Shown here: positions 16,117 through 23,754 of the stretch, piece by piece | How positions within the stretch are numbered: position 1 is the stretch's first letter | Layout of the letters: every line of letters begins with the position of its first letter | Source: a virus | Reading direction: 5' to 3' (one strand) | Length of the DNA: 64,000 nt | IMG/VR virus record: IMGVR_UViG_3300006854_000019 | Notes under the pieces: model-generated | The model's input: the letters and a program-made list of their open reading frames with translations, nothing else | Databases searched by the model: none | What the model was told of the DNA's origin: nothing | Position numbers and translations under genes: made by a program

Positions 16117-16533
16117 TTACCGATGGTGAAGCGCGACTGCCGCCTCGATACCGAGACCGAGCGGTCCGAGAAAGAGTCCCGCCGCAACGCCCCAGAGGGC
16201 GTACTTCATTTGCTTATCGCGCGAGGGAGCGACCGCCTTGCCCACGAAGTAGCCGGCACCGGCGCTGATGGCGGCGCCGAGCAGCGCCATGCCGAGACCG
16301 ACGGGATAGTTATGACCCGTGGCCGGGACGTTCGTGGTTGGCGGCGTTGCGTCTGCCGAGAGCGCGCCGAGCGCACTGAGCGCGGGAGAATACTTGCCGA
16401 GCGAGGAGAGCACGCCGGGGCGACGCTGGGGCGTGCGCGCGATCGCGCCGAGCCCTGACATGGGCTCGTTGAAATACTCGCCCATGCCGCTCATCGGTTC
16501 GTCGAAGTATTCGCCCAGTCCAAGTTGGTTCAT
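16117..16533 (-). CDS. membrane protein with N-terminal GLGEYF-EPMSG-G repeats (138 aa)
   Basis: MNQLGLGEYFDEPMSGMGEYFNEPMSGLG, then two C-terminal helices (VGLGMALLGAAISAGAGYFVG, YALWGVAAGLFLGPLGLGIEAAVAL); ATGA overlap at 16530..16533. Confidence 0.75.
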   Translation of the reverse strand: MNQLGLGEYFDEPMSGMGEYFNEPMSGLGAIARTPQRRPGVLSSLGKYSPALSALGALSADATPPTTNVPATGHNYPVGLGMALLGAAISAGAGYFVGKAVAPSRDKQMKYALWGVAAGLFLGPLGLGIEAAVALHHR

Positions 16534-17219
16534 TTGCCTTTCCTTCGTTTCGAGCTCCGGAGCGATGCGTACGCGGCGCCGGCAGCAAGACCGGCAAGGC
16601 CGATGAGGCCGATGACTTTCCAGTTCGAGGAGAGACCCGGCGCAGGCGCGTCGTCGGCGCCGATCGCTTGCGGGTTCTGCCGCACGTTGACGATCGATTG
16701 CATCGCCATGGGCGAGCCCTGGCCCGCGCGCATCACGGGACGCGGGGGCGCGTAGACGCCGCCTTCGAGGTAGGCGATCTGCGCGGCGCTATCCATGCTC
16801 ACCGCACCGCTCGGCACGTACACGACGGGGCGGCCCGTCGTCACATCGACCACTTCACTCGGCTCCCACATCCGCTCGCGCGCGAGGTAGCCGGGGAGAT
16901 CGAAGCGCGCGGCAAGAATGCCGGCGTCCGCGTTGATGTTCGGGCGCGTACCGGGCGGATCGAAGACCCCGTTGCCTTGGATGTCGTCGGCTTCGGCGTA
17001 GACCGCGAGCTCGTTCGCGGCGTAGGCCTGATCGGCCGCTTCGTCCTGCACATCGACATCGGAACCGGCGAGATGGCGGCCGTGCGCACGATCGATCGCG
17101 GTCTGGTAAAATGGAGCCGTGCCTGAGGAGTAGCGAAGATCGCTCGGGCCCACCTGGGTCATCCGGGGGAGCTCCCCGCTCCAGGGCTGGTTGTCGTAGT
17201 CGGGATAAATCGGGCTCAT
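16530..17219 (-). CDS. tail-anchored membrane protein (229 aa)
   Basis: ATG 17219 (MSPIYPDYDN); C-terminus WKVIGLIGLAGLAAGAAYASL-RSSKRRKGK. Confidence 0.75.
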   Translation of the reverse strand: MSPIYPDYDNQPWSGELPRMTQVGPSDLRYSSGTAPFYQTAIDRAHGRHLAGSDVDVQDEAADQAYAANELAVYAEADDIQGNGVFDPPGTRPNINADAGILAARFDLPGYLARERMWEPSEVVDVTTGRPVVYVPSGAVSMDSAAQIAYLEGGVYAPPRPVMRAGQGSPMAMQSIVNVRQNPQAIGADDAPAPGLSSNWKVIGLIGLAGLAAGAAYASLRSSKRRKGK

Positions 17220-17223
17220 CGGT

Positions 17224-17562
17224 TCACCGTTTCTTCTTCATCGATCGGTAGGCGATGATGCCACCACCGACGACGAGGGCGGCGACGAGGCCGCCGATGA
17301 CGAGCTTCTTTTTCTGATCGTCTTCACCCGATCCGGCTCCGGCTCCGCTGTCGGTCGGCGTGCCGCGGTCGGTGTGCGTCGGCACCGACGTCATGGACAC
17401 GCACGGGCGAAGCGTCTGCACCCAGCACGGATCGGCGCCTGCGAAGCGGCCGCTGAGCGCGCCGAGACCCGCGATCACGGGGTGGCAGTTCGCGCGCGCT
17501 TCGATGAGCTCGGCCTGCGTTGCGCAGGTGGGGTATCCACCGTTTCCGAGTCCGCTGTACAT
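17224..17562 (-). CDS. tail-anchored protein with YPTCATQA...ADPCWVQTL domain (112 aa)
   Basis: Internal ATG 17562 (MYSGLGNGGYPTCATQAELIEARANC...GADPCWVQTLRPC) overlapping the upstream stop by 1 nt; C-terminus KKLVIGGLVAALVVGGGIIAY-RSMKKKR; paralogue of 17936..18604. Confidence 0.65.
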   Translation of the reverse strand: MYSGLGNGGYPTCATQAELIEARANCHPVIAGLGALSGRFAGADPCWVQTLRPCVSMTSVPTHTDRGTPTDSGAGAGSGEDDQKKKLVIGGLVAALVVGGGIIAYRSMKKKR

Positions 17563-17921
17563 CACGCTGCCTTTCGATGGCGGTAGTAAAGAAATCCGGC
17601 GATGGCGACCGCCGCTGCGATGCCGCCATAGAGCGCATAGTTCGGTTTGCTCGAGGCCGGAGGGACATCGCTCCGCGGCGGAACGAGACTGCCGCCGTTC
17701 GGCGGCGTGTTCGTGTTCGGCGGGGGCTGCGTTCCGCCACCACCACCGCCGCCGCCACCGGTCCACCACGAGTCGTGCGTGGTCGGCGGGACGTTGGTCA
17801 TTTTCGGCGCCACGTGGCTGTCGGTCGGCACACTCGAAAGGCGCGGGGCGATGTGCTCGTCACCGGGCGGCGTGTAGTCCGATTGGACCTTGATATTGAT
17901 GTCTCCGATGGCGGCGTACAT
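17562..17921 (-). CDS. tail-anchored membrane protein, Gly/Pro-rich (119 aa)
   Basis: ATG 17921 (MYAAIGDINIKVQ); GGGGGGGGG / PPPNTNTPP stretch; C-terminus YALYGGIAAAVAIAGFLYY-RHRKAA. Confidence 0.65.
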   Translation of the reverse strand: MYAAIGDINIKVQSDYTPPGDEHIAPRLSSVPTDSHVAPKMTNVPPTTHDSWWTGGGGGGGGGTQPPPNTNTPPNGGSLVPPRSDVPPASSKPNYALYGGIAAAVAIAGFLYYRHRKAA

Positions 17922-17935
17922 CGTCTCGGTGCTCC

Positions 17936-18604
17936 TTACTTTTTCCGTTTCTTCCAGACACGATAAGTGACGTACGCGCCGCCGACCAGAAAAGCAGCCA
18001 AAACTCCAACCGAGCGAAGTCCACCGGCGTTTTTCTGGTCCGTTGTCTCAGGCGTCGGGATCGGCGGCGGTTCGTAGATCCCGGGATCCGGCGTTTCGGT
18101 CACCGATGATTTCGGTGGCGGTGGCGGCGGCGCGAACGGCGGCGAACGCGTGGGTGGTGGCGGGGGCGGTGTGTTTTGCTTCGGCGGTGGTGGCGGCGGC
18201 GTGGTGTACCAGGGGCCCGTCGGCGAAGGTTTCGGGGGCGGGGGCGGGGTGGGCTTCGGGCGTGGCGGCGGCGGCGTGAACCACGTGCCGACCTTGGGCG
18301 GCGGCTTCGGTGGGGGTGGCGGCGGAGGCGTGGGCTTTGGGCGCGGCGGCGTAAACCAGTTGCCGACTTTGGGCGGCGGGGGTTTCGGTGGCGGCGGCGC
18401 GGAACGGGCGGGCGGCGTGAACCAGGTGCCGGTTCTGCAAAGCGGCAGCGTCTGCACCCAGCAGGGATCGGCGCCGCCGAAGCTCCCGGTCATGCCGAGG
18501 CCGGCAAGGTTACGGGCGCGGCATTCGATCTTGGCCTGATCGATATCCGCTTGTGTCGCGCACGTGGGATAGGCACCGAGGGGAGGGATTGCTGCGTAGC
18601 TCAT
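17936..18604 (-). CDS. tail-anchored protein: YPTCATQA...ADPCWVQTL domain + (T/N)WFTPP-polyPro repeats (222 aa)
   Basis: ATG-AGC-TAC start (MSYAAIPPLGAYPTCATQADIDQAKIEC...GADPCWVQTLPLC); four repeats of xWFTPPxxxPKPxPPPP; C-terminus LRSVGVLAAFLVGGAYVTYRVW-KKRKK. Confidence 0.75.
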   Translation of the reverse strand: MSYAAIPPLGAYPTCATQADIDQAKIECRARNLAGLGMTGSFGGADPCWVQTLPLCRTGTWFTPPARSAPPPPKPPPPKVGNWFTPPRPKPTPPPPPPPKPPPKVGTWFTPPPPRPKPTPPPPPKPSPTGPWYTTPPPPPPKQNTPPPPPPTRSPPFAPPPPPPKSSVTETPDPGIYEPPPIPTPETTDQKNAGGLRSVGVLAAFLVGGAYVTYRVWKKRKK

Positions 18605-18607
18605 CGA

Positions 18608-19132
18608 TCAATCCGTTTTGAAGGCGCGCCAGGTTTTCACGCGGCGGAGCATTTGCGCTTCGGTCGTGCCGGCCACCGGATCGCACACGATCCACTTGTT
18701 CGATTTCGGTTCGTGCACGCGCGCGAACACGTGGCTGAACTGGTTCGGGGCGCCGAAGCCCACGATCACGAACTCCGCTTCGCGGCCGACTTGCCGGGCG
18801 CAGGTCGCGATGAGCACCGCGATGTCGTCGCAGTCGCCGGAAGCGACGCCGCGCGCTTCGATCTCTTCCACCATCCGCTCGGCATCCTTACTGAGCTCGG
18901 TGGTCAGGGGATCGTTCACGTAGCGGACCTTTTCGGCGACCGCGTTTCGGATGGCCAGGATTTCGCCGAGGTAGTCTTTGGGCTGGAGACCCGACACGAT
19001 CGACTCGGTGAAGGACCGCACCCTGATGCTCCGCTCGCCGCGCTGGCCGCGAACGTGCGCGATCATCTGGCGAATGGTCGTTTCCGGCCCGCGGAAGGGG
19101 GCGTACGTGGTAGGCGGCGCGGCATCGAGCAT
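18608..19132 (-). CDS. transglutaminase-like cysteine peptidase-fold protein (174 aa)
   Basis: GDCDDIAVLIATCARQVGREAEFVIVGFGAPNQFSHVFARVHEPKSNKWIVCDPV supplies the Cys / His / Asp triad in the order and spacing of the transglutaminase-like core. First gene downstream of a promoter-like motif. Confidence 0.6.
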   Translation of the reverse strand: MLDAAPPTTYAPFRGPETTIRQMIAHVRGQRGERSIRVRSFTESIVSGLQPKDYLGEILAIRNAVAEKVRYVNDPLTTELSKDAERMVEEIEARGVASGDCDDIAVLIATCARQVGREAEFVIVGFGAPNQFSHVFARVHEPKSNKWIVCDPVAGTTEAQMLRRVKTWRAFKTD

Positions 19133-19177
19133 AGTTCGGCCCTTGCTGCCGAACCGGTGACGCCGACTGCACCACCC

Positions 19178-19214
19178 ACTCTACGGGCGTGGGCTTAAAG
19201 TTGGCAAGAAAGCG
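19178..19214 (-). promoter_or_regulatory. promoter-like motif GCTTTCTTGCCA-N18-TAGAGT upstream of the peptidase/membrane-protein block
   Basis: Minus strand: -35 TTGCCA = 19207..19202, -10 TAGAGT = 19183..19178; about 45 nt upstream of ATG 19132. Confidence 0.4.
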
Positions 19215-19233
19215 CGCTGAAACTTCTTCGGGC

Positions 19234-19566
19234 CTACCGGGCGTCCCGCGCGGCGGGGCGGCAGAGCCATTCGAGGAAGAGCTCTTCGGTAGAAACCACG
19301 ACTTCCTTCACCGGGCCGCAGTTCATTTCGATGTAGCGGCTGCCGCCGATGTAGCCCTTCATGCCGCCCGTCCAGGTGCCCTTTCGATGGTAGCGAACCA
19401 CGGTGCCAGGCGGGTCGCTGAGCAGTAAGGGTGTGCCTTGCATGAGGTGCGGCAGGATGATCCTGTCCACGTCCTCAATCGGCATCTCGAAGGTCTTCAC
19501 CTCTGCTTCCAACAGATAAGCCTGGCACTTCTCGCACCACCAGCGCTTTTCGGTCGGCATGTCCAT
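19234..19566 (-). CDS. hypothetical protein (110 aa)
   Basis: Internal ATG 19566 (MDMPTEKRWWCEKCQAYLLE) 10 nt downstream of the upstream stop; the longer track ORF start lies inside gene 19577..19819. Confidence 0.6.
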   Translation of the reverse strand: MDMPTEKRWWCEKCQAYLLEAEVKTFEMPIEDVDRIILPHLMQGTPLLLSDPPGTVVRYHRKGTWTGGMKGYIGGSRYIEMNCGPVKEVVVSTEELFLEWLCRPAARDAR

Positions 19567-19576
19567 GGCGGTGTCC

Positions 19577-19819
19577 TTAGGCGTACACGGACGCCATCCA
19601 CACGGCGTGGATGCGCAGGGCGCGGCGGCCCGAATCGGTGATGCGCCAGACCTTGTACTGCGTTTCACCCTCGTACTCGATCGTGCGGCGCACGAAACCT
19701 AGCGTGGTGAGCTCATCGAGAATCGGCGCTTCGCCGTCACGAACATCCAATAGAAACGGCGGGAGCTCAGTCGCCATTTCGGCGAGCGATCGATGTTCTT
19801 CAGGATTCATCGCGCGCAT
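19577..19819 (-). CDS. small winged-helix-like protein (80 aa)
   Basis: ATG 19819 (MRAMNPEEH) 5 nt after the upstream TAA; ILDELTTLGFVRRTIEYEGETQYKVWRITDSGRRAL resembles a wHTH recognition helix plus wing (weak). Confidence 0.5.
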   Translation of the reverse strand: MRAMNPEEHRSLAEMATELPPFLLDVRDGEAPILDELTTLGFVRRTIEYEGETQYKVWRITDSGRRALRIHAVWMASVYA

Positions 19820-19824
19820 AGGGG

Positions 19825-20175
19825 TTATTGAAATTCTGAAATGTGGCAGCCGCAAAAGCACGGGCGGTCCCTGGCTTTGCGGCAGAGCTCGGCGAGCTTT
19901 GCGTAGCTCTCCGCTTCAGGTACGCGCTTCAGTGCTTGGCCGATGCCGTTCAAGAATCGGCTTGCCTCGCGTTTGACGATGTAAAGCTCTTTCGCAAGCT
20001 CGGTAGGTGCCGTCGTCGAGTCGGCAATTAGTTTCGCGAGTTCCCTAACTTCATCAGGAATCTCTCCGCCGCACTCTTGGCACCAGATATTTTCGCAGCC
20101 CGCTTCTTCAAAATCTTCTGCGGTCGCGAGCTTCTTTGCGAAGTCGACCATGCGCGCATGCACATCATCAGTCAC
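19825..20175 (-). CDS. hypothetical Cys-containing protein (116 aa)
   Basis: GTG 20175 (MTDDVHARM); CQECGG ... CFCGC motifs. Confidence 0.65.
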   Translation of the reverse strand: MTDDVHARMVDFAKKLATAEDFEEAGCENIWCQECGGEIPDEVRELAKLIADSTTAPTELAKELYIVKREASRFLNGIGQALKRVPEAESYAKLAELCRKARDRPCFCGCHISEFQ

Positions 20176-20178
20176 GAG

Positions 20179-20412
20179 TCATTCTCCTCGGTGAACCTTA
20201 CAGAACACGCCGCCCTTCCCAGGCGCCCCACACTCGTCCGAGATCGGACATTTGTTGTTAGCGCGCCGGGTGAGCCACAGCGCGTCGACTTCTTCGGAGA
20301 AGGGTTGGCCGGTGTGGGCGATGTGCGCGGCTAGTCGCTCCCGCTCTTCCTGAATCCAGGTCGGGGCCCAAAGGCCGACCTTTTCGTGGATGGTGCGCTC
20401 GAGCGGGGTCAC
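20179..20412 (-). CDS. hypothetical protein (77 aa)
   Basis: I place the start at GTG 20412, one nt after the TGA of the 839-aa gene. The longer track ORF (to 20502) would overlap that gene by 89 nt. Confidence 0.5.
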   Translation of the reverse strand: MTPLERTIHEKVGLWAPTWIQEERERLAAHIAHTGQPFSEEVDALWLTRRANNKCPISDECGAPGKGGVFCKVHRGE

Positions 20413-20413
20413 T

Positions 20414-22933
20414 TCAGCCGGTTCCGAAAATTTGCTGCACCTTCTGCAAGGTGGCGCGGAGCCACTTCTGCCCGGCGGGGCGGACCAGCGCGCTGGAAGC
20501 ACCTTCGGCAGAATTGCTGATGGCCGAAATCACCTGGCCGGCTTTGAGGGCGGCGGCGATCGCGGCGGCCTGATCGCGGCCGATTCGTTCGGCCAGCATG
20601 TGGGCGAAGTGATTGGCGGCCTCGTCGGGCGTTGCGCCCTGGTCGAGCGCGCTTTCCGCGTAGGGCTTGATGAACTGCAAGATTTCTTCATCAGTGATCC
20701 GAACCGCGGCGGGCGGGGCCGCGGGGTCGGCCTGCGGCGTGGGCGGCGGGCGCGCTGGCGGCGGGGCGGGCGGGACGGCGACGACTGGTGGGGCTTGCTG
20801 CGGCTGGGGCGCGACCTGCTGCGGTGGCGCCGCGGGGGCTGCTTGTTGCGGGCGGGCGATGGGCCCGCTTGGGCCGTGGCCTTCGGGGAAGGTCGGCGGC
20901 ATGTAGGGGATATCGGCGGGGCCCGCGAACTCCGGGCCGTCTTCGGTGGCGAATGCGTAGGGCTGGCCCGACGGGAGGGCGGGGCGTGAGGGGCCGGGCG
21001 CGGGGAGCGCGCGGGGGGGCGCCGCGCCGGGCATCATCATATGGGGCTGGACGGGGGCGCCGTTCTGCTGGCGGAGCGCGGCGATCGTTTTTCCGGCGCT
21101 CTCGACCATCTCGGGCAAGCGCGCGGCCAGGCGGATACCGACCTGCTGCCAGTTCATTTCGCCCTCGGCTTCATCGCCGCCACCTTCGCGCATGCCGAGT
21201 TCTTCGGCAGCAAGCTTGATCTCGTTGATGCGACCGGTGATGTCCTTGCTCTTCAGGATCTCGCGCTTCTGCTCGTGCACTTCGCCGCGCATCCGGGCGA
21301 GCTCCTGATCCTTGGCACTCATCTGTAGCTCGAAGGTCGTCTTCTGCGTTTCGAGCCGTGACGTGTACGTGGACTCGAAGCTTCGTAGCTCGCGCTCGTG
21401 CTGGCGGGTCTGATCATCCATCCGCTCTTTGGTGCGCCGGTCGGCGTCTTCGAGCTGGCGGCGGCAATTGGTTTCGACCTCGGTCACGCGGGAGGCGGAC
21501 GCTTCGCGGAGCTCGCGCATGCGATCTTCGCAGCGCCGCTCGACATCGATGACGCGTTGGTTCGCGCGATCTTCGGCGTCTTTGATCATTCGATCGGCGC
21601 GGGCGGCGGCTTCTGCAGTCCGCTTCATCTCGCGCTCGAGATCTTCTTGGTGCGCTTTGGTCAGCCGCTCGATGTGCGCCTGATGCTCGGCTGTCATCTG
21701 CCGGAGGTGCGCTTCGGATGCGCTCGCGTTACCGCCGCCCATCGTTTTGCTGAGCTCGGCGACAGCGCGCATCATCTCGACCGGATCCTGGCGTTGTTCG
21801 TTCACCATGCGAAGCTTCTCGGCCGCGTCCCGTTCCGCACGGGCGACGGCTTCCTTTCGTTCGCGTTCGATGCGCAGGATGTCCTGCTCGCGCATGTTGC
21901 TCACGAGCTGCACCATGGAAAGCGAGTCGCGCTCTTTTTCGCGGCGCAGATCGTCTTCCTTCTGCGAACGCTCTTTCTCGCGCTGCTCTTGGCGATCCTG
22001 CTGCCGCTCTTCGTGCCCGAGCTGGGCTTCGTACATCTTGGCGTCGGCAGGTGTAGCCGGCCGGCGGGTGAACCCTGGTTGCATGGCACTCCTCGGATCG
22101 TCGTCGTCGTCTTCCTCGCTCTCGTCGGAAACGACGATGGGCGGGGAGCCGTCAATCGGTATTGTGTACGTGACCGCGGGCGAAAGTCTTTTGGGGCGGA
22201 CCTTTTTGGTGACCGGATCGATCACGCCCATTCCATTTTTTGACGGGGGGCCATAGAGGATCAGGTTGTACTTGCCGCCGCCGTACGTGTACTGAAATTC
22301 CTGCGCCGTCATGGGCTCGGTGATCGGCCTCTGCATGCCGCGGACGGACAGTGAGCCCCAGGCTGTGGGCCACTTGCGATCGACCGTGATGTAGTAGTTG
22401 CCGTCGCCGATCGGCGCGAAGCTCATGAGGTCGTCGAGCGTTTCGGGTGTGAAGTCCGTGCCCACGTGATCGGTGACTTCGATGGTCGGCCGATCGCGTT
22501 TGGATGGGTCGGTCTCCTCGGGCGGGATGGGCGAGCCGGCGGAGTAGAACTCTGTGCGCTGGGCTACCTCTTTGATCGACGGGAGATTGTCTTCGGGGAT
22601 CGGCTCTTCTTCGGGCGGCGGGCGGCCGGCGAAGCGGCGCTGGAGGTACTCATCAAGCTCCGTACTAGGTGCGGGATCAGGAGGTGGTCGAGCAGCATCT
22701 GTTCCGTTGCGGCGCTTCTGACGAGGGACGCGAACGAGGCGTTGTCCATTTTCAATCTCTTCGCTTTCGGGCGGGAGCTCATCGAGCGCGGGGGCACGCT
22801 CGGTTTCCGATTGGACTTCGCTGCGCTTCTCGGCACGGCGCGCACGGCCGCGTGCGAGCGCGGCGAGTTGCGCGTCCGACAACGTGCGCTTCGGCTTCGG
22901 CGCGGGGATTCTTTCTTCACTCGTCTCGCTCAT
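20414..22933 (-). CDS. large coiled-coil protein with Pro-rich C-terminal third (839 aa)
   Basis: ATG 22933. Acidic/basic N-terminus, a small beta-like domain (GNYYITVDRKWPTAWGSLSV), about 330 aa of uninterrupted E/R/K/Q heptad-like sequence, then a P/A/Q-rich segment and a helical C-terminal domain. Confidence 0.8.
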   Translation of the reverse strand: MSETSEERIPAPKPKRTLSDAQLAALARGRARRAEKRSEVQSETERAPALDELPPESEEIENGQRLVRVPRQKRRNGTDAARPPPDPAPSTELDEYLQRRFAGRPPPEEEPIPEDNLPSIKEVAQRTEFYSAGSPIPPEETDPSKRDRPTIEVTDHVGTDFTPETLDDLMSFAPIGDGNYYITVDRKWPTAWGSLSVRGMQRPITEPMTAQEFQYTYGGGKYNLILYGPPSKNGMGVIDPVTKKVRPKRLSPAVTYTIPIDGSPPIVVSDESEEDDDDDPRSAMQPGFTRRPATPADAKMYEAQLGHEERQQDRQEQREKERSQKEDDLRREKERDSLSMVQLVSNMREQDILRIERERKEAVARAERDAAEKLRMVNEQRQDPVEMMRAVAELSKTMGGGNASASEAHLRQMTAEHQAHIERLTKAHQEDLEREMKRTAEAAARADRMIKDAEDRANQRVIDVERRCEDRMRELREASASRVTEVETNCRRQLEDADRRTKERMDDQTRQHERELRSFESTYTSRLETQKTTFELQMSAKDQELARMRGEVHEQKREILKSKDITGRINEIKLAAEELGMREGGGDEAEGEMNWQQVGIRLAARLPEMVESAGKTIAALRQQNGAPVQPHMMMPGAAPPRALPAPGPSRPALPSGQPYAFATEDGPEFAGPADIPYMPPTFPEGHGPSGPIARPQQAAPAAPPQQVAPQPQQAPPVVAVPPAPPPARPPPTPQADPAAPPAAVRITDEEILQFIKPYAESALDQGATPDEAANHFAHMLAERIGRDQAAAIAAALKAGQVISAISNSAEGASSALVRPAGQKWLRATLQKVQQIFGTG

Positions 22934-22942
22934 TCGTGTTTT

Positions 22943-23134
22943 TCACTCATCGGGCAGGCGCCACCCCGTATCGTGCCACTCATCAGTGTACCGCGGCGGG
23001 GTGGAGGGCGGGGAGCTCGTTCGGAGAAGAAAGGCGATGATCGCGCGGAGCGGGGACAGAAGAAGATCCAGGACTAGAAAGAACAAGTCGTCGATTGATT
23101 CAGAGATCCATTCGCTCGCAAAATCCACGACCAT
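22943..23134 (-). CDS. possible small protein (63 aa)
   Basis: ATG 23134, 12 nt after the upstream TAG; about two thirds of third positions are G/C by hand count; hydrophobic centre (LFFLVLDLLLSPLRAIIAFLL). Weak. Confidence 0.35.
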   Translation of the reverse strand: MVVDFASEWISESIDDLFFLVLDLLLSPLRAIIAFLLRTSSPPSTPPRYTDEWHDTGWRLPDE

Positions 23135-23146
23135 CGCCCGGGGTCT

Positions 23147-23740
23147 CTACGCAGGGGAACCGTTTGGCTCGAGCGCCGGCGGCGCTTCGGTCTCGGCTTC
23201 GTTCTCTTCTTCTTCGGCGTTCTCTTCTTCGTCCTCTTCGGGCTCCTCTTCCTCTTCGGGCTCGTCCTCGAGCGTGATCTCCTGCACGCGGGCGAGTGCC
23301 TTATCGATCGTGGCACGCATGGCGCTCGCCTGGCGCACGTAGCTCTCGTCGGTCGCCGTACCGATCGTGATCTCGAGCGCGGCGCGGCCGGCGGCGAGGG
23401 CTGCAATGATGAGCTTCGCGTCGGTGATGAGCAGGCGCGAATCGAACTCCTCCGGCTCGCCGATGAGGTCGTCGACACTATCGGCCCACTCGTCGGTGTC
23501 CGACGCGTACTCCGCGACGGCGCCGGCGAGATCGGCAAGGAGCGAAAGTACGGTGTCCCGCATCTCGCCGAAGGCTAGCTCGGGGGTCATCTGACTCTTT
23601 TTGATGAGCTTCAGCCGGGTCTGGTTTTCTACTATCTCGTCCACAATGCGGGCGAGCACATCGGCCGGCGTCTTCTCCGGGCCGAACTCTTCGCCGTCGT
23701 CGTCTTCATCATCGTCTACAGGGCGCGGGTTCTTTGCCAT
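23147..23740 (-). CDS. highly acidic protein (197 aa)
   Basis: DDDEDDDGEE at the N-terminus and EDEPEEEEEPEEDEEENAEEEENEAE at the C-terminus flank a helical core. Confidence 0.75.
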   Translation of the reverse strand: MAKNPRPVDDDEDDDGEEFGPEKTPADVLARIVDEIVENQTRLKLIKKSQMTPELAFGEMRDTVLSLLADLAGAVAEYASDTDEWADSVDDLIGEPEEFDSRLLITDAKLIIAALAAGRAALEITIGTATDESYVRQASAMRATIDKALARVQEITLEDEPEEEEEPEEDEEENAEEEENEAETEAPPALEPNGSPA

Positions 23741-23754
23741 CCTTCGGGTACCTT

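Noticed and set aside
22226-22270. LILYGPPSKNGMG in the 839-aa protein, considered as an AAA+/packaging-ATPase Walker A
   Set aside because: It lacks the GxxGxGK(S/T) lysine-Ser/Thr pair. No Walker B or arginine finger follows, and the surrounding sequence is a small beta-like domain followed by coiled coil.
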